Translations under genes and position numbers: made by a program
Notes under the pieces: model-generated
Told to the model about the DNA's origin: nothing
Databases searched by the model: none
The model's input: the letters and a program-made list of their open reading frames with translations, nothing else
Source: Campylobacterota bacterium
Lineage (GTDB): Bacteria; Campylobacterota; Campylobacteria; Campylobacterales; Arcobacteraceae
Assembly: GCA_051746405.1 (NCBI GenBank)
Contig: JBNJFB010000040.1
Coordinates: 1-21,612, forward strand
DNA: 21,612 bases
Direction: 5' to 3'
Shown here: piece after piece, positions 8,576 to 18,343 of the stretch
How positions within the stretch are numbered: position 1 is the stretch's first letter
How the letters are laid out: every line of letters begins with the position of its first letter

Positions 8576-10558
8576 TTATATAATTCTTTCAGGCTTACCA
8601 AAATAGTAACCTTGAGAATAGTCTATACCCATATTATTAAGTATTTTATAGATATTTTCATTTTCAACAAATTCAGCAATAGTTTTGATATTTTGTTTTT
8701 TTGCAAAAGTTACAATAGTCTCCACTATGTTTCTACTAAACATATTTGTTTCAATATTTCTAATTAGGCTACCATCTATTTTTAATATATCAGGATTATA
8801 GTCTAATAGCCTTTCAAAATTAGAGTATCCACTTCCAAAGTCATCAATAGCTATTTTTACATTTCCTTTTGATTTAACATTTTTTATAAAACTTTTAACA
8901 AGTTTGATATCTTTGATATTTTCATCTTCTAAAAGTTCAAAGGTAACCCTACCTCTATATTTTTTATTTTCAATAAGTTCATTAATCTTTTTTCTGATAT
9001 TTTCATTTTCGATATCTAAAACAGATAGGTTAATACTTACATTATGAGTTATATTATCAAGTATAGCAAATGATGTCTCTATTACTCTATTTGTAATTTT
9101 AGTATAGTAAGTACCTTTTTTAGATATATCTAAAAATTGTGCAGGTGAAATGATATTTTCATCTTCATCTATTAATCTTACTAGTGACTCATATTTTACA
9201 ATCTCTTGGGTTTTGTTATCAATTATGGGTTGAAAATATGACACGATATTACAACTATCTAAAGCTTTTTTTACCATATGAATTGTTTTAATATTTTTTT
9301 TAGCTTTATCTTGAGCCTCTTTTACAAGGTTATTTGCAAATATTAGGTTTATATTATTTTCTAAGGCCTTTTCAATACCAAATTTTGCATTTTCAAACAC
9401 ATTTTTATCTCCATAACAATAACTAACAACAACAGCTACATCATACTCAATATCATCTAGCTTTACAGTTGATTTTTTTGTTCTTTCAATAAAATTTTTT
9501 AACTCTTGCTGAATATTTAAACTACTTACTTCTATATTTTTAAGACTACAACTAATTGCAAATAAACCATCGCCAAGCTTATACACTCTATCAAAAACAT
9601 TTTCATGTGGTAGTAGTTTATAAAGCAGTTCTTTAAATTTAAGCTCTATTGTATCAACTGTATTACTATCATAAAAGTTATCTAAAATATCAAAATTCTC
9701 AATTTTTATTAGTGCTAAAAAAGAGTTATTATTTGAGTCTAAACTAGCTAGTAACTGTTTCTTTTCACTCATAATTTCAGTTACATCATCTCTTAATGCC
9801 ATAAACTCAATAATCTCTCCATCTTGGTCAACTAAAGGCTTTATCGTAGATTTAACAAAGTATGTTTTACCCTCTTTTGATAGATTTTTTATGACTCCGC
9901 TCCAAGACTCTTTTTTTACTTTTATTGTCTTCCATAGTTCTTTGAAGACTTTTTTTGGAGTATCTGGATGTCTTACTATATTGTGATTTTTCCCAATTAA
10001 CTCATCTTGCGAGTATCCTGAAATTTCACAAAAATTATCATTTACAAAAGTAATAATACCATTAGGATTTGTTTTTGAGATAATAGAGCTTTTATTTGTG
10101 ATATCTTTGTATTGATTTAATATCATTAGGTTTCGTTCATTCTCTTTTTGCATACATGCTTTATCAATTACTTTTTTAAGAGAACTTAGAAATTGAGTAT
10201 GCTCAATTGGTTTTAAAATAAATCCATCAACCCCAATTTTTATGGACTCTATCATATACTCTTTATTTGTAAAAGCTGAGATTATCAAAGTTGGTATGTC
10301 AGATTTTTCTTTTATTTTTTTTATTAATTCTATGCCATTTATTTGGGGCATACAAATATCTGTTATTAATAAATCAAATCTCTGTTTTTCAAACTCATAT
10401 AGTGCTTGGGCACCATTAGTTACAACTGTTATATCTTGAAAAAATATTTCAAGATTTTTAGTAGTAGCATCTCTTATCTCTGGCTCATCTTCAACATAAA
10501 GAAGTTTTAACTCTTTTGCTTTTTTTGATAATTGTTTCACATCTTCTGAATTATGCAT
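8576..10558 (-). CDS. REC-PAS-degenerate GGDEF-EAL protein, probable c-di-GMP phosphodiesterase
   Basis: REC (LLYVEDE, LLITD, FILKP), PAS (GKNHNIVRHPD), LGDGLF at the GGDEF position, EAL domain (YFQPI, ESLVRL, IDDFGSGYSN, LKIDGS, AEFVE, QGYYF). Confidence 0.92.
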   Translation of the reverse strand: MHNSEDVKQLSKKAKELKLLYVEDEPEIRDATTKNLEIFFQDITVVTNGAQALYEFEKQRFDLLITDICMPQINGIELIKKIKEKSDIPTLIISAFTNKEYMIESIKIGVDGFILKPIEHTQFLSSLKKVIDKACMQKENERNLMILNQYKDITNKSSIISKTNPNGIITFVNDNFCEISGYSQDELIGKNHNIVRHPDTPKKVFKELWKTIKVKKESWSGVIKNLSKEGKTYFVKSTIKPLVDQDGEIIEFMALRDDVTEIMSEKKQLLASLDSNNNSFLALIKIENFDILDNFYDSNTVDTIELKFKELLYKLLPHENVFDRVYKLGDGLFAISCSLKNIEVSSLNIQQELKNFIERTKKSTVKLDDIEYDVAVVVSYCYGDKNVFENAKFGIEKALENNINLIFANNLVKEAQDKAKKNIKTIHMVKKALDSCNIVSYFQPIIDNKTQEIVKYESLVRLIDEDENIISPAQFLDISKKGTYYTKITNRVIETSFAILDNITHNVSINLSVLDIENENIRKKINELIENKKYRGRVTFELLEDENIKDIKLVKSFIKNVKSKGNVKIAIDDFGSGYSNFERLLDYNPDILKIDGSLIRNIETNMFSRNIVETIVTFAKKQNIKTIAEFVENENIYKILNNMGIDYSQGYYFGKPERII

Positions 10559-10588
10559 CTATTCTCTTTTAAAGTAAAATGTTTTTTT

Positions 10589-10597
10589 ATTATAACA
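10589..10597 (-). promoter_or_regulatory. Extended -10 promoter of the EAL gene
   Basis: Minus strand TG-T-TATAAT, about 30 nt upstream of the ATG. Confidence 0.65.
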
Positions 10598-10622
10598 TAT
10601 TAAATTAATTTTTAAATAAGCT

Positions 10623-10653
10623 AAAAAAAAAGGAAAAGCATTGCTTTTCCTTT
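10623..10653 (-). terminator. Intrinsic terminator
   Basis: AAAGGAAAAGCA-t-TGCTTTTCCTTT perfect inverted repeat with a 9-U tract on the minus strand. Confidence 0.9.
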
Positions 10654-10807
10654 CTTAAGTTATGAAAGTCTTTAAAAGATGTTTATATTTATAAATAAGA
10701 CTTTTTAAGTTATGTTTATAAAATAGAAGTTTTATCCTGAAAAAATCGTATTACAGCTACGTAATTTTAACTAAGGAGAGATATAAGATAAAACTTCTTG
10801 TTTTATT
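10623..10807 (-). ncRNA. Candidate small regulatory RNA (~185 nt)
   Basis: Extended -10 at 10814-10822, long 5' stem (10718-10736 with 10787-10806), second hairpin (10665-10672 with 10697-10704), terminator; no listed ORF. Confidence 0.65.
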
Positions 10808-10813
10808 AAGTGT

Positions 10814-10860
10814 AGTATAACACAAAAAAAACAAAAATGCTACTTTAATGCTACGTTAAT
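10814..10860 (-). promoter_or_regulatory. Promoter with tandem 11-bp direct repeat operator
   Basis: TG-T-TATACT at 10822-10814; plus-strand AATGCTACTTT AATGCTACGTT AAT at 10836-10860. Confidence 0.6.
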
Positions 10861-10882
10861 AGAGTAAATTTTGAAATTTATT

Positions 10883-11326
10883 CTAATGATATATAACTTT
10901 TCTTACTTTATCGTTAGTTTTACTTTTTAATTCATCATATTTTATTTGATATTCTAATTTCTTCTCAAAAGAGATAGGAGTTCTTACAGATTTATACTCT
11001 ACTAGTTTACTATCTTTGTAAACACCTGAAATTTGGGCATAAACCCAATAGTAGCCCTCATCTTTTCGCATATTTTTAACATAACCTGACCATTTGCCTA
11101 ACTCTTTTAAATCACTCCAAAGTTTTTCAAAGATAACTTTAGGCATGTCTGGGTGTCTAACTATATTATGTGGTTTACCTATTAGTTCATTTACACTGTA
11201 TCCTGAGATTTGGGCAAATGTTTCATTTGCAAAAGTAATATTCCCCTTTAAATCTGTTCTTGAAACAATTAGTTCACCTTTTGGAACAATAGTTTCAAGT
11301 AAGAAGTGACTTGAATTGTATTGCAT
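10883..11326 (-). CDS. Stand-alone PAS protein, Aer/CetB-like
   Basis: LIVSRTDLKGNITFAN...GKPHNIVRHPDMP...LW...WSGYVKN..K.GYYWV; start at 11326 (AGGA RBS, just after the napD stop) preferred over 11359. Confidence 0.88.
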   Translation of the reverse strand: MQYNSSHFLLETIVPKGELIVSRTDLKGNITFANETFAQISGYSVNELIGKPHNIVRHPDMPKVIFEKLWSDLKELGKWSGYVKNMRKDEGYYWVYAQISGVYKDSKLVEYKSVRTPISFEKKLEYQIKYDELKSKTNDKVRKVIYH

Positions 11327-11327
11327 T

Positions 11328-11714
11328 TTATTTTCCTGTTTCATCAAATTGTCTAGCAAAAGCCTCTAAATCTTTTCTCTTTAAATCTCCATTATAAACA
11401 ATATCTTTTGGGTCAACATCCTCTTTGTTTAATATCTTTGGAACGGCATCTTGATTTTTTAAAACATTCATATGGGAGTTTAACTCCTCTTCACTATAAC
11501 TCATTTGCATATCAGCTGTTATTACATGAGGAATATTTTCAATAACTCTTAATTTTTTTAACTCTTCTTCTACACCTTTTCCTTCTATTGTTATAATAGC
11601 TCTGCCTTGCTCATCATGCATATGATAATCACATACATCACAATCTTTTAAGCTTTGTACTACCTTTTCTATATTTTCAGGTAGTGCTTGAACTACGATA
11701 CTTGAAACATTCAT
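11328..11714 (-). CDS. napD: NapD chaperone
   Basis: MNVSSIVV..., GRAIITIEG; position in the nap operon. Confidence 0.92.
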   Translation of the reverse strand: MNVSSIVVQALPENIEKVVQSLKDCDVCDYHMHDEQGRAIITIEGKGVEEELKKLRVIENIPHVITADMQMSYSEEELNSHMNVLKNQDAVPKILNKEDVDPKDIVYNGDLKRKDLEAFARQFDETGK

Positions 11715-11717
11715 AAT

Positions 11718-12683
11718 TTAATCCTTTGGTTTGATTTTATAATAGTTAATTTTACTATGGTCACTTGAAACATAAACTTCACTTTTACTTTTAAAAACTA
11801 TATCAGATATTAAAGCTGGATTATTTTTTAAGTAAGCAATTTTATTAAGCGTACTTGTTTCAAAAACTAAAACATCATTATTTTCATTTATAGAAATAGC
11901 TGCAAACTGTCCACTTTTATTAATACCTGCAGAGTATATAAGAAAGTCAGATTCAATATGTTTGGTTCTATTATTATTTAGATTATAAATGACACTTCTT
12001 CTATCTTGACCTGCTGTTACTATTATATTGTTATTCATATCCACTTTATATACATTATCAAGATTGTGTTTATCTAAACTATTAACATATGCTAGATTTT
12101 TTGTACTGTGAATTTTTAAATTACCACTTTCATCAGCTATTATAACTCTTTTTTTATCATCTGATAAAACAAAATCTGAGAATTTAGAAAGGGATACATC
12201 AATTTTTTTTATAGTCTCTTTTTTATTTATGTCAAATATAACTAACTCATTTGATAAAAGTGAGAATATTATCCTGTTTTTATCTAAAAATGCAGCTTTT
12301 TCTATAAACATTCGTTTTGTATCTTCTATTAGAGAAGTGAATTTTTCATTTTGATATATTTGTAGATTTCTTCCACCTCTTTCTCCTTGAGATAGGGCAA
12401 GAATTTTATCATTTAAAATATCAATACTATAAACTTTTGCATGAACTTCATCACCTAAAAAATCTTTTATTTTTTTAAATTTAATAGTTTTAATCTTTTT
12501 ATTTGTATTTAAATCAAAAATATCAATAGCTGAGTAAGAAGTAGATGCATATAGCTTATTATTTTTTATCAAAAGTTGTGTAACCCCACCTGATGCTTCA
12601 TATGTATATGTAGGAAAAGTATCTTTTGCATTTAATGTTGTTAATAAAATCAAAGAGATTACTATAATTTTTAAACTATTCAT
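11718..12683 (-). CDS. napL: NapL periplasmic beta-propeller accessory protein
   Basis: Signal peptide, WD-like repeats (ADESG, TAGQDRR); lies between napF and napD. Confidence 0.85.
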   Translation of the reverse strand: MNSLKIIVISLILLTTLNAKDTFPTYTYEASGGVTQLLIKNNKLYASTSYSAIDIFDLNTNKKIKTIKFKKIKDFLGDEVHAKVYSIDILNDKILALSQGERGGRNLQIYQNEKFTSLIEDTKRMFIEKAAFLDKNRIIFSLLSNELVIFDINKKETIKKIDVSLSKFSDFVLSDDKKRVIIADESGNLKIHSTKNLAYVNSLDKHNLDNVYKVDMNNNIIVTAGQDRRSVIYNLNNNRTKHIESDFLIYSAGINKSGQFAAISINENNDVLVFETSTLNKIAYLKNNPALISDIVFKSKSEVYVSSDHSKINYYKIKPKD

Positions 12684-13188
12684 TTTCTTCCTTATGATTT
12701 TTATTAGTTACTTTTATTGCATCTGTAGGACATAATCTTACACAAAATCCACATGATGTACAATTATTATTTATTTCAGGTCTAAACATTGCTGTAAACT
12801 CTATTGCATCATCTAAGCATGGGTCTTTACATGAAAAACACATTGTTTTATTCCAACTTAAACATTTTAAGATATCAATCTCTATTTTAGCATTTATATT
12901 ACTTTTATACTCTAAATCTAAAACTTCATATTCACAAGCTTTTGCACACTCATCACAAAATGTACAGCCACTTATATCAAAATCAATTGCTACAGTTTTA
13001 TCTTCTTTAACAACTATAATATTCTCTTCACAAACTGTACTACATGATTTTTGTTCACACTCTATACAGTTTGTAAAAAAAAGATTTTCATCTTTGTAGT
13101 ATGGTGGTCTTATTACTAACTCTTGCTTTGTTTCTTCTTTTTTGAAAAAATTTGAAGCAAGAGAACTAAAAAGTTCTCTTCTTTTCAT
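12676..13188 (-). CDS. napF: Ferredoxin-type protein NapF
   Basis: MKRRELF start (13188, just after the napB stop), IRPPY, four Cys clusters. Confidence 0.9.
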   Translation of the reverse strand: MKRRELFSSLASNFFKKEETKQELVIRPPYYKDENLFFTNCIECEQKSCSTVCEENIIVVKEDKTVAIDFDISGCTFCDECAKACEYEVLDLEYKSNINAKIEIDILKCLSWNKTMCFSCKDPCLDDAIEFTAMFRPEINNNCTSCGFCVRLCPTDAIKVTNKNHKEENE

Positions 13189-13189
13189 G

Positions 13190-13819
13190 TTATTTAACAC
13201 CTTCGTTAATTATTTCACTTAAATTAGACTTACTATTTAACCCTTCGCTTCTAAACTCTGCTTGAAAGTTATTTTTAGGTACATTATTTCCTTCTGATTG
13301 AGGAGTATGACACTGGGAACAGCTAAACCTTGAACCTGACAATTCTTGTAAATTTTTGCTTGCAACCTTAACATCACTAGTATTGTTAATAGCTTTTCCA
13401 TCTTTAATTATTTTACCATCATCTCCTAATTTAGTATCAGGTCTAAAGTTTGTAAAGTGTGATTTTGGAATAGGAGTTGCACCCATTGATTGTGCAACTG
13501 CAGGTTCGTGACACGCTTTACATTGATTATTATTAGTTGTAATTGGCAACATACCATCAACACTATGAGGAATCATTGGTGGAGCATTTTCAAAGGCTCT
13601 TTGATATGATTTACTTGTACCCGCTGGTTTATCACTATATTGTGTTTTATCACCAATAGTTGAGGTTTCACTATATAAATCTGTTTTTCTTAAACCTAAT
13701 AACTCTTCTGAAATCTCTTTTTTTACTTCTGTTTTATTAGTTTCACTTGTAGCTGAACAGCCAACAGTAAAAACTAACCCAACAATAGCAATTAGTTTGT
13801 ATAGTTTAATTACTCTCAT
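13190..13819 (-). CDS. napB: Diheme cytochrome c subunit NapB
   Basis: FENAPPMIPH, CKACH, CSQCH; N-terminal signal peptide with lipobox-like TVGC. Confidence 0.95.
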   Translation of the reverse strand: MRVIKLYKLIAIVGLVFTVGCSATSETNKTEVKKEISEELLGLRKTDLYSETSTIGDKTQYSDKPAGTSKSYQRAFENAPPMIPHSVDGMLPITTNNNQCKACHEPAVAQSMGATPIPKSHFTNFRPDTKLGDDGKIIKDGKAINNTSDVKVASKNLQELSGSRFSCSQCHTPQSEGNNVPKNNFQAEFRSEGLNSKSNLSEIINEGVK

Positions 13820-14636
13820 TTTGTTTTTCCTTTAGTAGTTTTTTTATTGAGAAATTAAGTGCATCATCTTCGCACACTTCAACACATCTTCCACAGTTAG
13901 TACACTCACCACTTAATACAGGCTTTGACTCTTTTGTAACCATATGTAAAACTTGACTCTCAGGACAAATCTCTTTACATTTCATACAAGCTGTACAAGC
14001 TTCATGATCGTGATGTACTTTTATAAAACTAAATCTTCCTATTATAGAATATACACCACCTAATGGGCATATATGTCCACACCAACCATTTTTTAAAACA
14101 AATAAGTCAAAAAGAAATAGCACAATTATTGTTGCCCAACCAAATCCTAAGCCAAATATTATTCCCCTATGAACCATAGAGATAGGTGAAATCATCTCAA
14201 AAGCTGCAAGACCTAAGAAAACTGATAAAACTAAACTAATAGCAATTACCCAATATCTAATATTTCTAGATGCAGGTTGCTTTTTTTGGACACTATTTAT
14301 ATTTAATTTTCTTCTTAAATAGTTAGCTAAATCTGTGATAATATTCACAGGACAAACCCAAGAACAAAAGGCACGACCTGCTATTAACATATAAAAAACA
14401 ACTATTAGTAAAGCACCTATTAAAATATCAACAGAGATAACAGCACCTGCTGCGAACATTTGTAATAGTGCATACGGATCACTAAGTGGAATAGTCTCAA
14501 AGATTAATGATGAACTTAAGTTCCCCATTAATATTCTTATTCCATACACATTAGCAATAATATAAAGTGCCATAAGTGTTACTTGTGTAAATCTTCTAGC
14601 AATTAAAAACTTGTGTTTTTTTATTAAATCTATCAT
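13806..14636 (-). CDS. napH: Quinol dehydrogenase membrane subunit NapH
   Basis: TM helices, GRAFCSWVCP, GWCGHICPLG, two C-terminal 4Fe-4S motifs. Confidence 0.96.
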   Translation of the reverse strand: MIDLIKKHKFLIARRFTQVTLMALYIIANVYGIRILMGNLSSSLIFETIPLSDPYALLQMFAAGAVISVDILIGALLIVVFYMLIAGRAFCSWVCPVNIITDLANYLRRKLNINSVQKKQPASRNIRYWVIAISLVLSVFLGLAAFEMISPISMVHRGIIFGLGFGWATIIVLFLFDLFVLKNGWCGHICPLGGVYSIIGRFSFIKVHHDHEACTACMKCKEICPESQVLHMVTKESKPVLSGECTNCGRCVEVCEDDALNFSIKKLLKEKQNESN

Positions 14637-15415
14637 TCTAGTAAATCCTGCATATCACTATTTAACGAATCAACCGCTGACTTTTCATTTATACCTGTAG
14701 TATTTTCTTTACTAGTGGCATTTTCAAGTCTTTTTTCATCGTTTTTATCCCAACCTTTGATGTAATAATCACCAGCACGACCAAGAGCTACTTCTCTTGG
14801 TAATATATAAATTGCAGCTTTTTGTGTTACACATGCTTGCTCACATAAACCACATCCTGTACAAACATCTGCATGTACTATAGGTTTTAAAAATGCATGT
14901 TTTCCTGTTCTTGCATTTTTTGTGTACTCAATAGTAATGGCTTCACCTAATAAAGGACATGCTCTATAACAAGCATCACACTGAATACCCCAAAATGCTA
15001 TACAGCTATTATGGTCAATCATTGCAACACCCATTTGTGCTTTATTTATATCTAACTGTTTTTTCTCATTTTGTACAGATTTTATATCAAGTGCATCTGT
15101 TGGACAAATAGGTACACAAGGGATATCTGTACACATATAACAAGGTATATCTCTTGGTTCAAAATATGGTGTACCAAGAGGTTTATTATCACCTGGCTTA
15201 GCTAGCTTTAATGTGTCAAAAGGACAAGCCTCAACACACATTCCACATTTGATACATGTTGAAAGAAAATCCTCTTCTTTTAAAGCTCCTGGGGGTCTTA
15301 GTATTAATTGTGTAGCTTTAACTTCACTTACATAAGCACTCCATGTTAAGCCACCTAATATTGCAAGTCCTGTAGCCCTTGCAATATTGAGAAAAAATTT
15401 TCTTCTATCGTTCAT
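14633..15415 (-). CDS. napG: Ferredoxin-type protein NapG
   Basis: Tat signal DRRKFF, LRPPGA, four Fe-S motifs. Confidence 0.96.
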   Translation of the reverse strand: MNDRRKFFLNIARATGLAILGGLTWSAYVSEVKATQLILRPPGALKEEDFLSTCIKCGMCVEACPFDTLKLAKPGDNKPLGTPYFEPRDIPCYMCTDIPCVPICPTDALDIKSVQNEKKQLDINKAQMGVAMIDHNSCIAFWGIQCDACYRACPLLGEAITIEYTKNARTGKHAFLKPIVHADVCTGCGLCEQACVTQKAAIYILPREVALGRAGDYYIKGWDKNDEKRLENATSKENTTGINEKSAVDSLNSDMQDLLE

Positions 15416-15434
15416 TTTTGACTCTTTTTAATCT

Positions 15435-18239
15435 TTAGGCTTTATAAATTTTTACTGCACATTTTTTGAAATCTGTCTGTTTTGATTGTGGACAAGTGTA
15501 ATCAGCACAAACTTTATTGATAAACACTTTTTCATCAAACCATGGTACAAAAACTAATCCTTTTGAAGGTCTATTTCTACCTCTTGTTTCAACTCTTGCT
15601 TTTACTTTACCTCTTCTACTCTCAACCCAACATAGTCCACCTTGTTTTACATCATATTTTTTTGCATCAGCTGGATGCATATAACATAATGCTTCAGGTA
15701 CTGCTCTGTATAGTTCTGGAACTCTCATAGTCATAGTACCACTATGCCAATGCTCTAAAACTCTACCTGTTGATAACCATACAGGGTATTGTTCATCTGG
15801 CATTTCAGGTGCATCCATATATGGTCTTGCAAAAATTTTAGCTTTGTTTGGTAAAGGTTTTTTTGTTTTATCTGTAATACCTTTTAAATCACCTTGAGCT
15901 AGGGATTTAGCAAGTGTTCCATAAAATGCAAAGTCAGTTCCTGGTTTACCATATTTTTTTGCATAAGGGTCATATTTTGTATTAAATCTCCATTGGGTCT
16001 CTTTACCATCAACAACAGGCCATTTTAAACCTCTTACTTTATGATATGTATCAAAATCTGCTAAATCGTGTGCATGACCTCTACCAAAGTATGCATACTC
16101 TTCAAATAGGTATTTTTGAATGAAGAAACCATAACCTTTAAATACTTTTCCATCACTACCTACTACATTTCTTGCATCTCCATAACCCTCAGAGTTATCA
16201 TAACCTTTTTGTATAGGGTCATTTTTATCTAGTTTATATGATTTTGCTCTTTCATTAGCAAATAAAATCTCATACATTGTTGTATTTTCATCATAACCCA
16301 TAGCTTTAGCTTTTTTTATAACATCTGGTAGCTTTTTACCATTTCTTAGAGTATATTCACCCCATAAATCTTTTATTGTAAATCTCTTAGATAGCTCTAC
16401 CCATTGCCAAGTATCACTCATAGAATCACCTATAGGAACTACTTGCTGTCTCCAGTGTTGTGTTCTTCTTTCGGCATTACCATATGCACCCCATTTTTCA
16501 TAAATCATAGCACTTGGCAAAATTAAATCAGATACTTTTGCAGAAATCCCTGGATATCCATCTGATGTAACAATAAAGTTATCCATATTTCTAGCAGCTT
16601 TTATCCAGTGTTTTGCACTAGCTGTATCTTGATAAGGGTTACAAACATTTACCCAAGCAAATTTAATAACACCATCTTCAATATCTCTATGGATTTTCAT
16701 AATATGTTGATTACCAACTGGATTTATTGTACCGTTTGGCACTTTCCAAACTTTTTCAGTTATCTCTCTGTGTTTTTTATTTGCTACCATCATATCAGCA
16801 GGCAGTCTGTGAGCAAATGTACCAACTTCTCTTGCTGTACCACAAGCACTAGGCTGACCTGTTAAACTAAATGCACCACTTCCTGGTTTTGCTTGTTTAT
16901 TTAGTAAAAAGTGAACATTATATGCTAGTGTATTTACCCAAGTACCTCTTGTATGTTGATTCATACCCATAGTCCAAAATGATACAACTTTTCTATTTTT
17001 TTCAATATATAAATTGGCTAACTCTTGGATTTTTTTCTTAAATACTTCATCACTCTCATCAGGATTCCCCTTTGATACTTGAGTAACATAGTCAATATCA
17101 TAAGGCTCTAAGAATTTTTTATACTCTTCAAAAGAGATTTCCCAGTGTTTTAATCCAGCAGGATTATTAACCATCTCTTCACCTGCTTTATAACCATAAG
17201 GTTGTAGTGCAGGAGCTTCATCTTTAGAAACAATTTTTGACATCTCTTTTTTTATTGTTTCCATCTCTTTATCAGTGTATTTACCCTCTTCTAAAGATTT
17301 TTCACCTTTTCTTCTCATTCCATAACCCATATTTACAGGACTTGCTGCAAATACAATATGCTCTTTTACAAAATCCCAATCAATTGCTTCTGGATTGTTA
17401 TATACTATCTCTCTTGCTATATAGTTCCATAAAGCTAAATCTGAATTTGGTTTAAAAATGATTTCAGTATCTGCTAAGTCAGATGTTCTGTGTCTATAAG
17501 TTGAAAGGTTTATTACTTTTACATTTTTAGGATCTGATAGTTTTCTATCTGTTACTCTTGACCATAAGATAGGGTGCATCTCTGCCATATTTGAACCCCA
17601 TGATACAACTGTATCAGTTAGCTCAATATCATCATAACAACCACTTGGTTCATCAATACCAAAGGTTTGATAAAAACCAACAACAGCTGATGCCATACAG
17701 TGTCTTGCATTTGGGTCAAATGCATTACTTCTAAAACCACCCTTCATCATTTTTTGAGCTGCATAACCTTCCATAACAGTGTATTGACCACTTGCAAATA
17801 TACCAACTCCCTCAGGTCCACTATGTTTTAGTGCTTTTCTGATGTGTGTTTCCATTTCATCAAAAGCTCTTTTCCAAGATATAGGAGCAAAGTTTCCTTT
17901 TTTGTCAAACTCACCTTTAGAGTTTACTCTTAATAACGGTTGCTTTAACCTATCTGAACCATACATTATTTTTGCATTAAAGTAACCCTTAATACAGTTT
18001 AACCCTCTATTTACAGGTGCTGCTGGATCACCTTTTACTGCTACAATTCTACCATTTTTAGTTGCAAGCATAATTCCACAACCTGTACCACAAAATCTAC
18101 AAGCTGCTTTATCCCATCTCCAACCACCTTCGGCTGCATTAGCTTTGGCCTTTAGTTCACTTGGAACATTCATCCCAACAGCCGCAGCTGCTGAAGCCGC
18201 AGCTGAGCTTTTTAGGAAATCTCTTCTTGAAAGCGACAT
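15435..18239 (-). CDS. napA: Periplasmic nitrate reductase catalytic subunit
   Basis: Tat signal [54 protein letters not shown]. Confidence 0.99.
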   Translation of the reverse strand: MSLSRRDFLKSSAAASAAAAVGMNVPSELKAKANAAEGGWRWDKAACRFCGTGCGIMLATKNGRIVAVKGDPAAPVNRGLNCIKGYFNAKIMYGSDRLKQPLLRVNSKGEFDKKGNFAPISWKRAFDEMETHIRKALKHSGPEGVGIFASGQYTVMEGYAAQKMMKGGFRSNAFDPNARHCMASAVVGFYQTFGIDEPSGCYDDIELTDTVVSWGSNMAEMHPILWSRVTDRKLSDPKNVKVINLSTYRHRTSDLADTEIIFKPNSDLALWNYIAREIVYNNPEAIDWDFVKEHIVFAASPVNMGYGMRRKGEKSLEEGKYTDKEMETIKKEMSKIVSKDEAPALQPYGYKAGEEMVNNPAGLKHWEISFEEYKKFLEPYDIDYVTQVSKGNPDESDEVFKKKIQELANLYIEKNRKVVSFWTMGMNQHTRGTWVNTLAYNVHFLLNKQAKPGSGAFSLTGQPSACGTAREVGTFAHRLPADMMVANKKHREITEKVWKVPNGTINPVGNQHIMKIHRDIEDGVIKFAWVNVCNPYQDTASAKHWIKAARNMDNFIVTSDGYPGISAKVSDLILPSAMIYEKWGAYGNAERRTQHWRQQVVPIGDSMSDTWQWVELSKRFTIKDLWGEYTLRNGKKLPDVIKKAKAMGYDENTTMYEILFANERAKSYKLDKNDPIQKGYDNSEGYGDARNVVGSDGKVFKGYGFFIQKYLFEEYAYFGRGHAHDLADFDTYHKVRGLKWPVVDGKETQWRFNTKYDPYAKKYGKPGTDFAFYGTLAKSLAQGDLKGITDKTKKPLPNKAKIFARPYMDAPEMPDEQYPVWLSTGRVLEHWHSGTMTMRVPELYRAVPEALCYMHPADAKKYDVKQGGLCWVESRRGKVKARVETRGRNRPSKGLVFVPWFDEKVFINKVCADYTCPQSKQTDFKKCAVKIYKA

Positions 18240-18244
18240 AACTT

Positions 18245-18310
18245 CTCCTTTTTATTTAATACAAGAAAAGTATATCATCTATGAAAGATTATTTAATTGA
18301 CTTAAATCAA
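18245..18310 (-). promoter_or_regulatory. napA promoter with Crp/Fnr-type box
   Basis: RBS AAGGAG at 18245-18250; TG-A-TATACT at 18269-18277; TTGAT-ttaa-GTCAA at 18297-18310. Confidence 0.8.
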
Positions 18311-18343
18311 TAAACTTAAGTTTTAATTAAGACAAAAAATGTC

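Noticed and set aside
10623..10807. c-di-GMP riboswitch controlling the EAL gene
   Set aside because: No recognisable GEMM consensus, and the EAL gene has its own -10 downstream of the terminator
11328..18239. Absence of napC
   Set aside because: napAGHBFLD without napC is the normal Campylobacterota arrangement
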